A stretch of DNA of 61,782 nt, filler included, from Choristocarpus tenellus KU-1152 (lineage: Eukaryota > Protista > Phaeophyceae): NCBI GenBank assembly GCA_964200185.2. It is 9 parts of 9 records of this genome, joined end to end, with 100 filler letters (N's around TTAATTAATTAA, not from the genome) between each part and the next. Parts side by side here need not be neighbours in the genome. Positions count along the whole stretch, not along the records: positions 1 to 12,968 come from CAXNAD020001629.1; positions 13,069 to 17,738 come from CAXNAD020013531.1; 7 more parts are not named here. The stretch is one strand, 5' to 3'. The stretch's first letter is position 1; every line of letters starts with the position of its first letter. Of the stretch, positions 1 to 13,123 are shown in pieces. Below the pieces are notes generated by a model. It was not told the origin of the DNA, made no database searches, and saw only the letters and a list, made by a program, of their open reading frames with translations. The position numbers and the translations under genes are program-made.

Positions 1-100
1 ATTTGGTTGCATATGTCGGATGGATAACTTAAATGCACTTTTCCTGATTTTGTTCCAAGTGGACACCCTGGTGTAGACCCCCCCCCAGATACCTTTGGCC
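1..100. mobile_element. MITE family A, partial copy (right end)
   Basis: Matches the end of the 61608-61782 copy and the reverse complement of 36794-36976. Ends CCCCCCCCAGATACCTTTGGCC. Confidence 0.75.
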
Positions 101-1399
101 TTGACTCACTCCTCCGTTGAGTCAACTGCCATGTCACCGAAAGACATTTTGTTGTTTGGTTCTGACCTCACTCACCCTGCTTTCTTTCACACTCAATCCT
201 TTACAACCCGTCAACCCCAAGTGCTTGTTTGGATATGGCCAAATCAGTACTGAAATGACTCGAAATGTCTTACCTCCAGGTGCTTGTGCCCACATACCTC
301 CCCTCATAGCACCCATGCCCACCTTAGAGGAAACAACCTTACAGAAATTTGTCTTCAAGTTAACAGTGTCTATCTTGTTGTGCATTACTTTTGGTAACTT
401 CTCACTCTTCCTCTTACCTATTTCTTTTGTCCTACCCCTTCTCCCCCCTCTCCCTGTGCCAACCATTGACATTATCCATGATCTAATAGGTCCCAAGGGC
501 GGCAACAAGGTTCCACAAGAGCTCCCAGAAGACCCCAGCAAGGGGATCAAGTCAGGCAATCGCGTCCAAGACCGCCAGCAGTAACATCAGCCGACAGGGG
601 GTACGAGGAGCAGCAGTGGCAGCAAAGAGAGGTTCCGGTGTGACTGCCCCTAGGGTCAAAGTTGAAGTCAAAGAACCTACAGTCCGCCGGAATGTGAAGG
701 GTGCAAGGGACTCCAGCACTAGGGGTGGGGATAGGAGTGGGGAGACCATGAATCCCCAGTCAACAAACAGCAGGGACACAACTTCAGGACGGACAGGTCC
801 CGTGTCAAACTCAACTTCAAGGAGGGCGAGAAGTTCTTCTTCTTCAGTCAGCAAGTCCGATTCTATTGGCCTCAGCAATTCATCGTAAGTGAGGAGGGGC
901 GGTCAGTCACTCTTTGACTAGGTGCTTGAGGTTGATGATGGTGCTCGTTCAAAAAGCATTTTTTGTTGGCAGCATGTTAATCGTTGTACCTGAAAAAATA
1001 AAAACCAAGAGGTGACAACTACTCAGTACTATTTAGTATTTGCAAGCTGCATTGTGGACTTTATAGTTTATTTTATTTTTTCTCCGGTTGAAGCTCATTA
1101 GCTAGACTGTCTCTGATCTCTTGACATACACCCCTCCCTCTTTATTCTGTCAACAAGATGGCATTCATACTACAGCACATGTTGAAGATGGGGATACAAC
1201 CCCATGTTACCCTCTGTTCTTTTTGTATTTATCAACAGAGACATATAGCCTGGATTTTGTTTCCAACTCGATTCCAAGATCTTGAAACTCCTTCTTGCCA
1301 CATCTCCCCGACCTATCGTTGCACAATACAAAATACTTCAGTATCTGCTTAGGCATAAGCAGGAATGGACAGATGTGCTCTCAGATTAATCTTTATTCG

Positions 1400-4300
1400 G
1401 ATAGCATTTCGAAAGTATATCCTTAGTAGTATGCAGAATAGAGGTATCATTGGAACTGGTGGAGCTGATTGTTTTTTTGCGTCCAGTATTGGTTGCTGTT
1501 GCTCACTTTACTCAGAGCGTATCGTATCAAGAGTGTGTTAGGTAAAGAGGTCTGACCGCAGTGATTCTCTTTCAGCACCCATACAACAGTGTCCTCACTT
1601 TTGTTCCCTTGGGTAATGTTCAGTAGCCAGAGAGTATTGACCACATGCAACAGGATGGTACCGTCCAGTGAAATGTCCTGTTCTAACAAAACTTGCAATC
1701 TCTCAGACATCTTTGATTCTCCCCTCCGCCCCCGCCCCCACCGCATACTCACTTCCCCTTGTGTCCTAACCTTTCCATCTTATCTGTACGGATGTAATTG
1801 TGTGCATGCCATGCGTGACTGAATTGTGGCGGATGCCACTCAATTGTGCGCCATTGTTGATGCCTTCTGGCCTCAGCTCCAACCGTGGAGGTGTGAGGGT
1901 TCGTGCAGCAGCAAGGGAGGGTGAGTGGAGGAGTGGACGGGCACCATCAGCTGTGGTTGGCTCATGTGTTTCCCGCCACAGACACCCCAGTTCCCCGACC
2001 TCTCCCTTTCACTAGGGGTGGATGGGGATCTGTGTGTCATTGTGTGTGTGTGTGTGTGTATTTTCAATCTTGTTGGCGTATTGCCTGGTGCCATATGGAT
2101 GGCAGGAAAGAAAAAGTGTATGTGGAATTCGACTACAAACAAATATCTGTAATCATGGGCATGAGAGCTGTGTTTTTTACCAGACGAAAATTCCGTAGAT
2201 GCTTTGGTGAAGACAACGACATAACAATGTCGAAGTACTGTTCGTGTCAAGTGGGGCACTTGCTTCTTTGATGAGAGTGGTTGGTCTCCAATGTGGATTG
2301 GGTGGAATACGCTATTCAACCTTTTTACCAGTCCTTCTGATGATTAAGTGAAGACTAAAAGGAATTTGTTGGCGTCGATGGTAGATTGTTTGCATGGATT
2401 GTATTGTTCATGAAATACATGCAATTGGTCAACCCTTCTGAAAAGATGTGATGGAAAAGGCACCGTAGATGTATCCGAAGAGGGGAAAGCCGTTTGTGTG
2501 AAGGTTTGTAGAATGGGATTTGCTAATGGAGCGGTGTTGGTCAGCCTATGCTAACGACAATAGTAGTCAGAGTATGTGGTATGCAGTGCTGCAAACCAGG
2601 CGGGGGGAAATGTGAACAGTGCAAGGGGTCTTAAGTTGATTCATTCCGGTGGTGTTTTATTGCTGAATAATAGCACAGAAAGAGCTATACTAGGGGGAAA
2701 GCGCACGTTGGACCCTAGGTGTGAAGCACCAATGTACAAGGAAAGAGTCTGTGGCCAGACTGTGCTTTGTTTCACCCAAGTTAGGTGAACCACTAGACCA
2801 GAGATTGGAGGGGGAGGACGGGGAGATGCATGCACGTAATGAATGAGTCAGGTTGGGGGATGGAGGGATCCTCTTTCTGTTTTGCAAGATGTACCACTGG
2901 TAAGAGATTGGAGAGGAAGGGCTGCCGGTCCATGACAAAAAAATGCAGGGAGGAAGAGATTCGCATATACAAGTGTGTTGTCGGCCATGGCACTGCATCA
3001 GGGTGTAATAGTAGAGGAGATGGGAGGAGTCACCAGTGCTTGAAGGATATACGGGATACTGAAAGCGAAATTATTTCCTGACATCCACAAGTCATGCCAT
3101 GATTACCCCTTTTAAAGGAGGAGATACATCTGGTGGGTGTGTACTGCCAAGGTTTGCTGGATGGTGGGAAGCAAGAATCAGAGTGCGCCTTCCTTGACCG
3201 TCCATGCTGTTGGACATGGTGCAGAACCGCGTTTTGGAACATGCAACTAGGGAGGGGAGGCGATACAATTGATGAAAGATGTAAGGAATACGACCAGAGA
3301 GGATGTAGTGAAGCCGTTGCCAGTCCTAGAAGAAATTGGAGTGGTGTGCGCTTGCCCATCCCTTCCACTGCACAGAAAAGCATGAGTCAGCATGATAACT
3401 GGCGACTACGATTCCATCTTGAAAGTGTTCAATATTGACCCAGAGGTTGGTCATCAGCAAGTATATTGGTTGCTGTTCCTGCACTATTCCAGAAAGGTGA
3501 GAGACGGACCCTTGTTCTTGGTCGGAAATTTTAATCCTTCATCGATCTGAGGTAGTGTTTCCAAAAGTCCATCCGAACAGTGTGAAGGATGTCCCCATAA
3601 TCCAAGACTTGAGAAGTGTTCTCTACGTCCCACAGCGTTGAGTATGAACATCTTTCATACATAGCTGGTCTTGCTGCAATAATTTCAATTTCTGCTTCCC
3701 TGATTCATGTGAGGGTATCATGAAAGTTCTATTGTTGGATTATACACAACTGTACTTTCTCCTGCAACGTTTTGGTGCACAAACTGAGGAACACTGAATG
3801 CTCACTTTGATTGTCTTGCAAAATAGAGTAAGCACGTGCCACAATGCCTTATGATGATGGTGCCATGTGGATGGTGTCAACCAATTTGAGAAGCAAGTTC
3901 TCGATTATGTCATCATCACCTATCATAAGTCCATGATTAGTGGAATGAACCTCTTTTTTGTATCTGTCACCCTTAAACTTACCCTGCCAATCCTCTCATG
4001 GTAGACACCTTGAACAACATTATTTCGGCATGTTGTGACCTTATGCTTGCATAATGTGGTGTCGTTCTGCCGCAGTTGCCACCATGGCACACCTTTAGTG
4101 GCATCACCCGATCCTTCCTGAGCTGGAAACTTGAGTTCTGCTGAACTTGTATTTCATCATTAACAATTCAATTCATCCTATCAACACAGTTTCTCGTTGA
4201 TATGACATGCGCATCCCTTGATGATATAGGTGATTTTTGATACCACACCAAGGACAAGGATGTGAAAGCATAATGCATGCCATAGGTCATGTTCAATACC

Positions 4301-4400
4301 CCAAGTTGATGGCAGAAGAGTCAATAGAGCTGGTACAGACCTGAAGAGGTACACCAATCCCAATACCCTGAATGGTGATTGTAGCATCAACACAGGGCAG
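1400..4400 (-). pseudogene. Degenerate DNA transposase, Plavaka/CMC-like
   Basis: Minus-strand translations with stops and frameshifts: LSHPCPWCGIKNHLYHQGMRMSYQRETVLIG*IELL (~4268-4160), RFIPLIM..GDDD (~3950-3910), YGDILHTVRMDFWKHYL (~3600-3550). Order and content resemble the Plavaka motifs HPxYxxIGN..R..LIGYLP, FPIL..D and DILH..KH. Boundaries approximate. Confidence 0.4.
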
Positions 4401-7239
4401 GGGGAGGTGGAGTGGACATGGATGGCCTGGGACACAGACCGGTGAGTTGGAAGATCTCCCAAAAGCCGAATCCTTTTCTTTGTCACATTTCCTATGCATG
4501 TTCCTAGCTGATATGCTAGATATGTTCTACTTCTACTCAAGCACTCCTTTTCACTATGAAGAGTGATTTCAATTTGCAGTGTTCTGTACCCTAGATGTCG
4601 TACAACAGGTGTTGTATGTGCTACCCTGCTTTGGAAGTGGTAGAGTTCTCCAGTCCTATGTGATTTTGGCTAGACGGAGTACCCCTCCTGTCTGTCTCTC
4701 CTAATTATCGAGATCCAATTGCAATGCCTGTACGGTACCTTGTGACCGTTTTTCCTTCTGTTGTAATTCCATCAAGCCACCCAACCCACACTATTGCTTT
4801 TATCCTCCCTTCTGCATCATGAACTGGCACGGTGTTTATCATCATGGACAATTCTTGTAGCCTTTTCTTGCGTGTGTGTTCTTGCTCTTGAGATGGGACC
4901 ATTCCTGGTCATGCATTTGTCAACCTAAAGTTGGCCGCACAATTCGCTTTCATCTCATCGCATTGTGTGTTGAGTGATTGGTCTAAAGTCTTTCTACATC
5001 TACCTGCACCTGGGATTTGACTGCTACTAGAAATGCTGTTGTTGAGTTAGACTCAACTACAAATGAAAAATTTGATATAGAGGGTGATTACATGCAAGAC
5101 TGTACATCACAAGCACTCAAGACCCGAATACATGTTGACAACCTCTTCCTGCTGCTTGTTTCTCCCCAAGAGTTTCTTCATATATTGATATTGTCATTTC
5201 CACAACTCAACTTCGCTCACTGACCCTCTACCAATGTGCCAGTCACCCTTATCGAGTATTCATGTCAGATGACCATGCATTGTGTACGCGACGGTAAAGA
5301 GCATCCAAAGCGTCAGCCCATGTTGCCATAGGTTAGTTCGTGCACTAAGTCTTGTAGAGGTGGCTTCCCCAGTACAAATTTGAAGACTTTGGGCTGCAGT
5401 TAAATGTATCCCTCCAAATAATTGTATACTTCGAAGGACGTATCATACTCTTGTCTTGGAATGACGTAATGTGGATGTGTTTGGTAGGGCCCGTCTTGGC
5501 ACCCCCAACAGCTCTCGTTGCTTGATTCAATGTGATGTATTGTTGTATACCAATCGCATCAACTCCTTTCCATAGTTAGGGTTCATCACATATTTTCAAT
5601 ATATATGTAGGCACGTATTCTATTGATCTGGCATAACGTTGTTGTGTTCCCCACACGTCCATTTATTATCTGATGGAAATTATCTCCCCCCTCACACAAT
5701 TTCATTCAATAGGTGGCATGTCGCAAACAAGCTGTGTGCTCCGGGGTAATAGGGATGGTCATAGTCCCAGTCCATAGTAGCTGGGTCAAGTAGATGGCAT
5801 TAGAGGCTCAAGCTACGCGCCACTACAGTGGACAGTGTGACTGGGCAATGTCTTCTGCTTCTACATCTAGAATGTAATCTCTCCAAAACGGAGCACATAT
5901 TTTTTACAACTTCCTTTTGCCTCTTGCCCCTACAACATCTCAAGTGTTCTGCATCTGTGCATATTAGTAACATTGTTTAACACTACTACTATATCTGTAC
6001 ACTGGGAGAAATATTTCTCATCAAATTAAAGTTTTCAAGGCAATTCATCACTGAAAGCTACTGCAGTGCCCAGTGGAAATAGAGGCAGGACTGAGTACCA
6101 CTCACGGTTGACCCTCTTACTCGTGTTGATCTAGTCCTTACCAACTGGTCCTTTTGCATGCAGTTTTCCATTTACATCCTTTCCGGTGTCAAACCGCCCT
6201 CATGTTGCAGCTTCCCTCTACCACTATCATCACCATGCTGTATTTTTGTGTTGTGTACATTTCATTACCCCCAGGCAGGGGTTGCTACTGGCAACACAAG
6301 GTCCACTCCAAAGGCGCTGCACCACCGGCATTCGTGCTGGTGTAAGTGTGGTTTGGGCCTCAAGGACTAGAGTACTACTATCCCTCAGTAATGCTTGTCG
6401 CATCCACATAAGGTAGGTTTGTGGAGAGTGATATCCTGGACAAGAAAGAGATGAATGAAAGGACCTTTGCAATATTGTATCTCCTTCTTCCTTCAGTTCA
6501 TAACCTCTCCCTCTACATATTGCTCCCTAGTTCAATCGATCTGTGTTTGTGTGTGTGTGTGTTCTCCTGCTTGTCTATAGTACTGCTGATACTAGCACAT
6601 ACGGAGAAATAGACATGATATAGCAGTGAACACTAAACGCTACATGTGTTCCTCCATATTGTAGTAGTGCCTAGCCTCTATACTTGAGGTCCTCCACTGC
6701 CCTTCTTCTGACTGGCAGAGGCCATCCTTTCTGCAGCTTTCCTCTCTACTACACCATCTTCTGACACTACCAGTACCGTAACTCATCCCTGTTGCTGCTG
6801 TCTGTGTTTTTGGCCACCCTCGTAAAGGGCTGTTCCAAGTCACATTTTACTCCACAAGGACATTGCTCATCACTCATCCTGTCACATGCTGGTGAGTTGG
6901 TCTGATGACAGCATGCAGTTGCTTGTGCTATGTACTCCAGGAAATTGACTGCTAGATCTGGTCGCTGCTATCGGCCCAAACAATGTGATACTGGTGGACA
7001 GACAGAATCTGTACATATTTCGAGGATCTAATGAGGTCTGCCACAACAAGGCCTGTATTGTTATAGGCCATGTACAGACCATCTAGTTCGATAGAAATAG
7101 CATGAACCCTTGTGATTATATTCTGGGGCGAATTTCTTTGTGCTCAGATTACAATGTCCCAGAAATTTGATCTCTCCCATCCTTATCTCATCTTGTGTGT
7201 GTGTGTGTGTGTGTGTGTATAACATTCTGTTAGTGTGCA

Positions 7240-10200
7240 TGCAGGGAATGGGACAAGGAAAGCTCTCACATGATGCATATTATGCTACTACTTAGTAAAG
7301 TCAAATAAGGCAACGTGCATGTATAAGATTGTAGATTGTAAATTGCGTATTTGAGTTTGCACAGCAGGAAGAGGGAGCCACCAACCTCAGGTGGGACTTG
7401 ACCATTCTTAACCAGTGCAGATGCAACTGTATATCAATCAGTACTAAAATGTATGATGCATATTCCTATGAAATAAGTCACTTCAACATTTGATATGAAA
7501 GAGGTAACGGCGGGACTGGTTTGTATGTATCAGCTGCTACTGATATGTTCATTGTTGTTCTCTTGGTATGTGCTCCATACATGGAGCAGTCAGTGGGTGG
7601 TTCGCCTTTGTTCCTCCCTGCATGAAATTTAGTTGTGCAGTGTAAGTAACCATGCTTCCTACCATACCTACTCCCCGATAATTAATCTCATTAATAATAT
7701 TGTTTCCAACATAGTCAATCAGTCCCAGCCTAGCACCCTGCCCTTATGCTACTCATCTGTGTCTACACCTGACAGGTGAGCATAGCTCATCTGAAATACA
7801 TAGGTGGGAATCAGCAGTCTTCATAACCTGCCAACGTCACCTCAAGGTACACGTTCACATTTCAAAATAACTCCAAAGCACATGTATTTTAAAAATTAGA
7901 GATTTAGATAACCTCTTCCCTGAACATTTTGCACACTCAAGAAGGACATGTTGCATGCTCTTGTCTTATTACACCAAGTTTGAATTTAGAAATCCCTTTT
8001 TCGCAGCCCCAGGACCTTAATCGTTCAAGAGCTAAAGGAATACATTCATATATACATAGTTGTATCCACTCCCTCCCAACAAATGGAGTTTCTGAATACC
8101 GTCCACCCTCTACTTTCCTACTATGTGACTGCTGGTGCTCCACTATATTAATACCAATATTTTTTCCCCGTGTTCATTCAGTATGCATACATACATTCAC
8201 CAAGCATGAGCACGATTCTGCACTATAGTCTATTATCTCATTACACTACTCACCTTCCCCTTCCCTCCCCATTGCACATTTTGATATGATAAGTGACAAG
8301 AAGTAAACAAGTTGTGCGCCAACATCATCAACGACAGGGGCATCATCTCAGCTTACCTCGGATGTCCTGAGTGGATTGGTTAAGGCAATGTACTGGATCA
8401 GGCCTCCACGACTAGTACAGCAGCACATGTACTGGGTGTGGGCACCATGTCATCCACAGAAGGAGGGAGTGAAACAACAATGACCTGGAGCAAGGGGGTG
8501 GCGAGTAAGATCACCTCTCAGAGAAAATACCCCTTTCATTCCAACCCATTTCTCTATGCGCTTCCACCTAGTTGAGACATTCCATGCATTCCCTGGTGTA
8601 CCATTGTAGAGTACTATTGAAAAAGAGTACACTTTGTACCAAGTACATATTAATGGAGGTAAATGTTCATTTCTTCATGCATGCCTCCCCATTTGATGCT
8701 CTGAACGCGATCCTCTTCTTTATCCCCCCCTGAATTATATGTCAAACCCAACATCCCTCGGCAATACTCGTTTCTGTGCCCTATACAGACTCCATCATTG
8801 TTTCTTCTAACCCATATTGTTGTTTGTTTTTATTAGGTGCTACTCCGACCCATACTTCTGTGCACTCCATTGCGCTGCAGAGCGGTTATCCATGCCTATA
8901 CAAGTGATAAGTAGTTAGTGTTGCAGCATTGGATATCAGGAACCCATGAAGTCTCAAGTTCTTGCAAGAAAATTGCAAGAAAATTGTAGCATGTACTTTG
9001 TTCGAAGTTAGTCACAAAAAACATGAGTTCTGAGTTGATATCAGGATCTCTAGCAGAGTATGGTGAGACAGAAATCTTCACATGCAATCTTGATTACGAA
9101 CCATGCTCTGCGTGACTTAAAGCATACCAACACTAGCATGTACACCCCACAACTGATGCCCGTCGATGCTTGTTACCTATAACATCTGGCAACATCAAGG
9201 ACCTGGTCCTGACTCCAAGAAATCACGTTTGGTCAAGAAATTACTCGGTAACAGGGTGCCCTGGCGGCAAAGATAGTGACAAGAATGCAGTATTTTGAAA
9301 TACAAATCTTTCAGCAGCTTTTGTTGTATGGAATGCCTGGTGCTTCCAAACTGTAAGTACAACTTCTTGGTTGTTGATAATCTATCTTATCCTCAGCACC
9401 TTCTCTATCTCTTTCTTACTTTGCTACACACTGCCCTCTCTGTTTGTCCCGTGGCCGCCTCAGCTCATCCTTAAACCACCAGTGGGAATAGTCAAGGTTT
9501 CTCACGCTCTGGTAAGAGGCAAGAGAATGCCTCAGCGACCCTCAGATTCTACACTTGAAATTGGGTCCTGCACCGAAAAAACGGTGAGTAATCAGGAGAA
9601 AAAACACCTTGAAGAAGTGGCGGAACTGCTTGATGCTTTGGGTGATCAATTCCATGTTGTGGCCAACAGTCTGTGTTGTTCCTCAAGATGGAGATGGAAA
9701 GACTTGTGTATGTAGTCATGGAGTTCTGCACGAGATCAGGAAGTCCTTGCAAGGTACCCTGAACTCTTCTCTGGGTTTGTGCTCTTGTTCTGTAAGGTCA
9801 GACAAAACTAACTCATACTCGTTGGAGCGAATCAAAATAACACTGGAAGTATTATACAACTGAGTACTCTCCTTTGGGCATAAGTTGGGAATATTCATCT
9901 ATTGAAGCATTTACCGCCCCCCACCCCCTCCTGTCTCCAACCCCATCAATGATAGGGGCTATGTGCTGCAAGCTGCACTTATACAGCACTGAAGAAGACC
10001 TACCTGGATCGACGGCATGAGACTCTGAACCATATATCGGCAGCAAAAAACCTTATACTTCGAAGTAATGCTAGTATGGGCTCCTTTACGGTCAGAAGGT
10101 ACTCATTTCATGTCCTCAGTCTCCTATTCCATGGGCTGGAGATGGCAGAAACACACTTCAGGGATATACTGTTGCCCATATAGATCGTCAGGGCATTTCC

Positions 10201-10300
10201 TCCATAAAACTTCTTGGAAGAGGTCTTAGCCCTCTATAAGTTAAGCGCTCCACAGGGAACAGAAAGACTTTGATTGGGTGTCATCATGATATCGTGAAAA
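7240..10300 (+). pseudogene. Degenerate, intron-containing hAT transposase
   Basis: STTGASS..SGLV (~8330-8380, cf. TDGAS.M.G..GL); exon after tag| at 8837 giving ALHCAAERLS (8862-8891, cf. hAT HCxAHxLxL); GRGLSPL*VKRSTGNR (~10215-10263, cf. the dimerisation motif ERxFS..K..RNRL). Many stops. Confidence 0.5.
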
Positions 10301-12757
10301 AAAAACTGTTCTTCCTGTTCTCTGCTGGCAACGATCTTGGTGGTTATAAATGGCGATGGGTGCTTATCTAGCAGCTTGTGTATTGTGTGACTCATCGTGC
10401 AGTAATAGATCCTTCAGACCTTGGACTTGTGCAGGTGGTGGATGATCGCAGCACAGAGAGTGCTGGTACATTGTAGAGCACAGTATGTGATGAGGGCAGC
10501 ATGAGTATTTTATCCTCCATCTGTTATGTGTCCCTTGGTGGCTGTAGGAATTTACCATAGGTGGGTGATTTGTCCTTTCTCGGCTTCTTCTCTGATCAAT
10601 TGGTACACTTTGCTTTGGGGGTGGGAAGACAACGCTTATTTCTAAACCTGTACTCTAAAGCCCTTCAGACACTACTACCGGCTGGTTCAGCTACTCTCTA
10701 ACAGTACTCACGACTGAAAACACTGATGGAAACTGAAGCGCTGTGTGTGTTTTCCTGTCTATATCTCGCACGCTCTAGTATGTTGGTACAATTTCTTGGT
10801 GTGGTAGTAAAGGAACGGTGGTGAAGAAATTCCACTGAAGAACTCAAGGGTCTCTGAAACGTGTGCTTGGACCACTTTCTAATATTCCTACCCTGAAAGG
10901 GGCAATGAATGTTGGAGTTTGTATTTCTTCGCCTTTTGAGTACTTTACTTAGCATGCATGGTCTTGCTGTCACTGAACATAACCCTGTTCAATTTAGAAC
11001 CGAGGGCATGTGTAGAAGGGGGTGCTTGGCTCAAGGAGGCAGTGCTTGGCTTGCCATTGAGTGTGGAGCCCGTCTGTGTAAGATTAGTCCACGTTTGTTC
11101 CTAGATCAGTGAACAGATAAGCACAGTGAATTGTTTATGACTGATTGTCTACCCTTCGTTGTAAGGGTACAGATTTGTGTTCCTAGCGTGGACAGTGCAT
11201 TATTGATGGGCTTGGGGTGGTGCCACATTATGTGGGCTGCTTTGTAATCTTGATGGTTAGAATGGCATCACACCTCCGTTGAAGAAAAAACTCCAAACCT
11301 TCGTCACGTATGATGAAAATGTTCTCTATGTTTACTGTCATCGAGGATACAAAACCCTCCCACCAATACGCCAATATCACAACACCTAACTATACTTGTT
11401 GTGCTCCAAACGTGCTGGGGAATGTGAGCTTGTGGTGGCACAAGTTGGCCTTGTTGATTGAACTATGAAACCCTGTTCTTATGGACTCACTGCGAAAAGA
11501 GCAGACCAAGCAGACATGTTTCTGTTGTATGAACAGCATAATACGTGGTATAACAAACAAATGATTCATCTCCATGATGGAAATCCGAGGCAGGAAAGTC
11601 GTAGCCAACTCTGATGGTACTATGGCAGTTTTGGGTGATCGTTGGAAAGAACTTTTGGAACAAGTGAACCTCTACGCGTTTTATTTTTTGTAATATTTTT
11701 CTGGGTTTCCACTCCTTCTGTGATTGGGTCGCAAAAATCTATGATGCCACGACACAAAAAAAACGCTCCTAGCAGCTTATCTTGATGGGACATGTAGCTC
11801 CGATCTCCACAAGCTTGCAGGCTGATGATGAGGCTCAAAGACAGCGCCTGTGATGTGCTGATGGCCTGGTAACCACAGAAATGTGTGTTTATCAGGTTAC
11901 TGTGATAAACGAAGAGGCATTTCAACCTTGACGATTGACCGTCTTGAAAAGCACTTGAGTTCTTCTTGTCGTGGACTTCAAATGCTTCTCGATTTGTCAA
12001 TAGTCAAACCAGTTGAGATTTAGGCAGGACTGCATTTTTAGGATCCTGAGAAAGGGCAAAATGACGTTGTTTTTGTACAGTTACAGAAAGAACCTTTACT
12101 AAATTGTGGTGTCGATTCGTGTGTGGAAAGTGAGGATATCAATTTTGCATACACTATTGTGCTCATATAGCAATGAAATAGAGTGCATTTCACAGGATAA
12201 GAAAGATGACTTAGAATACAAAGGGTCCAAACCTGCCTACCTCTCAATTGATTTGACTCCCAAGGACTCTCGTATGTCACGTACGTTGAGTTGTTATTCG
12301 CCGTATATATTAACTGAATACTCTAACATATTCCTAAGATACAGTTTTTTTACACCGTATATCAGTAGGACTACTTTGAACCTTCACATTTTGGGCTGGC
12401 CTTGCGCATACTTGGTTGTCGTGCCAGTTCAAGGGGAGGTAGCGATACATACTCTAATGCCTCTGATTTCGTTGTATTGATCCCTGTAGTAGGATTGGGA
12501 AAAACATATATACCGACTGCATTAACGAGAGGTACGTATGTTTGCTTCAAATGGTATGGTGGAGTACTTGTATTTCAGAGTTTTCAGATATTTTTTAGTG
12601 CTTTGATGATGATGAGGCATTCCCCTCTTATTACAAACAAATACTATTGGGAGTACTTGGATTATTCTTCAATGTATTATACTTCTTCGGACGTTGAAGA
12701 CTTACATGAGCTCCAAAAACGTGAATTTAGGATATAATGCTGACACATCTGTAAAAT

Positions 12758-12968
12758 GGGTTAAATTATCTGGGGGGGGGGTGTTGGCGTATGTTTTTCA
12801 CCCTTTTTCGATTTTCACGTTTTTGGTGTGACTTGGTCGCACGTGTCGGATTTGAAATGTCAGCAAAAAAAAAGAATTGTTTGACCGAAACGGACGCCCC
12901 CTCACAACCTCACCCCCAAACCCCACAAAAATCCACCCACATCCCAACTCCCATAAAAATAAAAAAAA
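12758..12968. mobile_element. Divergent family-A-like TIR end at a contig edge
   Basis: GGGTTAAATTATCTGGGGGGGGGGG followed by sequence similar to the family A left arm (..tttttggtgtgacttggtcgca..). Confidence 0.5.
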
Positions 12969-13068
12969 NNNNNNNNNNNNNNNNNNNNNNNNNNNNNNNN
13001 NNNNNNNNNNNNTTAATTAATTAANNNNNNNNNNNNNNNNNNNNNNNNNNNNNNNNNNNNNNNNNNNN
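12969..13068. other. Artificial contig linker N44-TTAATTAATTAA-N44
   Basis: Identical 100-bp spacer with stops in all six frames. Also at 17739-17838, 21956-22055, 37011-37110, 39687-39786, 47407-47506, 50193-50292 and 57925-58024. Confidence 0.98.
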
Positions 13069-13123
13069 CCTGAGCTACCGAGCAGATAGTCAGGCTGACT
13101 GACAATCTGCTCGGTAGCTCAGG
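13069..13123. repeat. 25-bp-arm inverted repeat (hairpin)
   Basis: CCTGAGCTACCGAGCAGATAGTCAG-gctga-CTGACAATCTGCTCGGTAGCTCAGG, one mismatch. Confidence 0.9.

Noticed and set aside
117-888. Overlapping 90-155-aa ORFs as intact genes
   Set aside because: No recognisable domain and upstream stops. Probably decayed coding sequence adjoining the transposon relic.
10560-12400. Coding remnants on the minus strand
   Set aside because: Protein-like fragments with many stops and no motif I could assign.
12969-13068. TTAATTAATTAA as a biological motif, or gene clustering across gaps
   Set aside because: Identical 100-bp synthetic linker repeated eight times. Adjacent contigs need not be neighbours, and ORFs running into X are artefacts.
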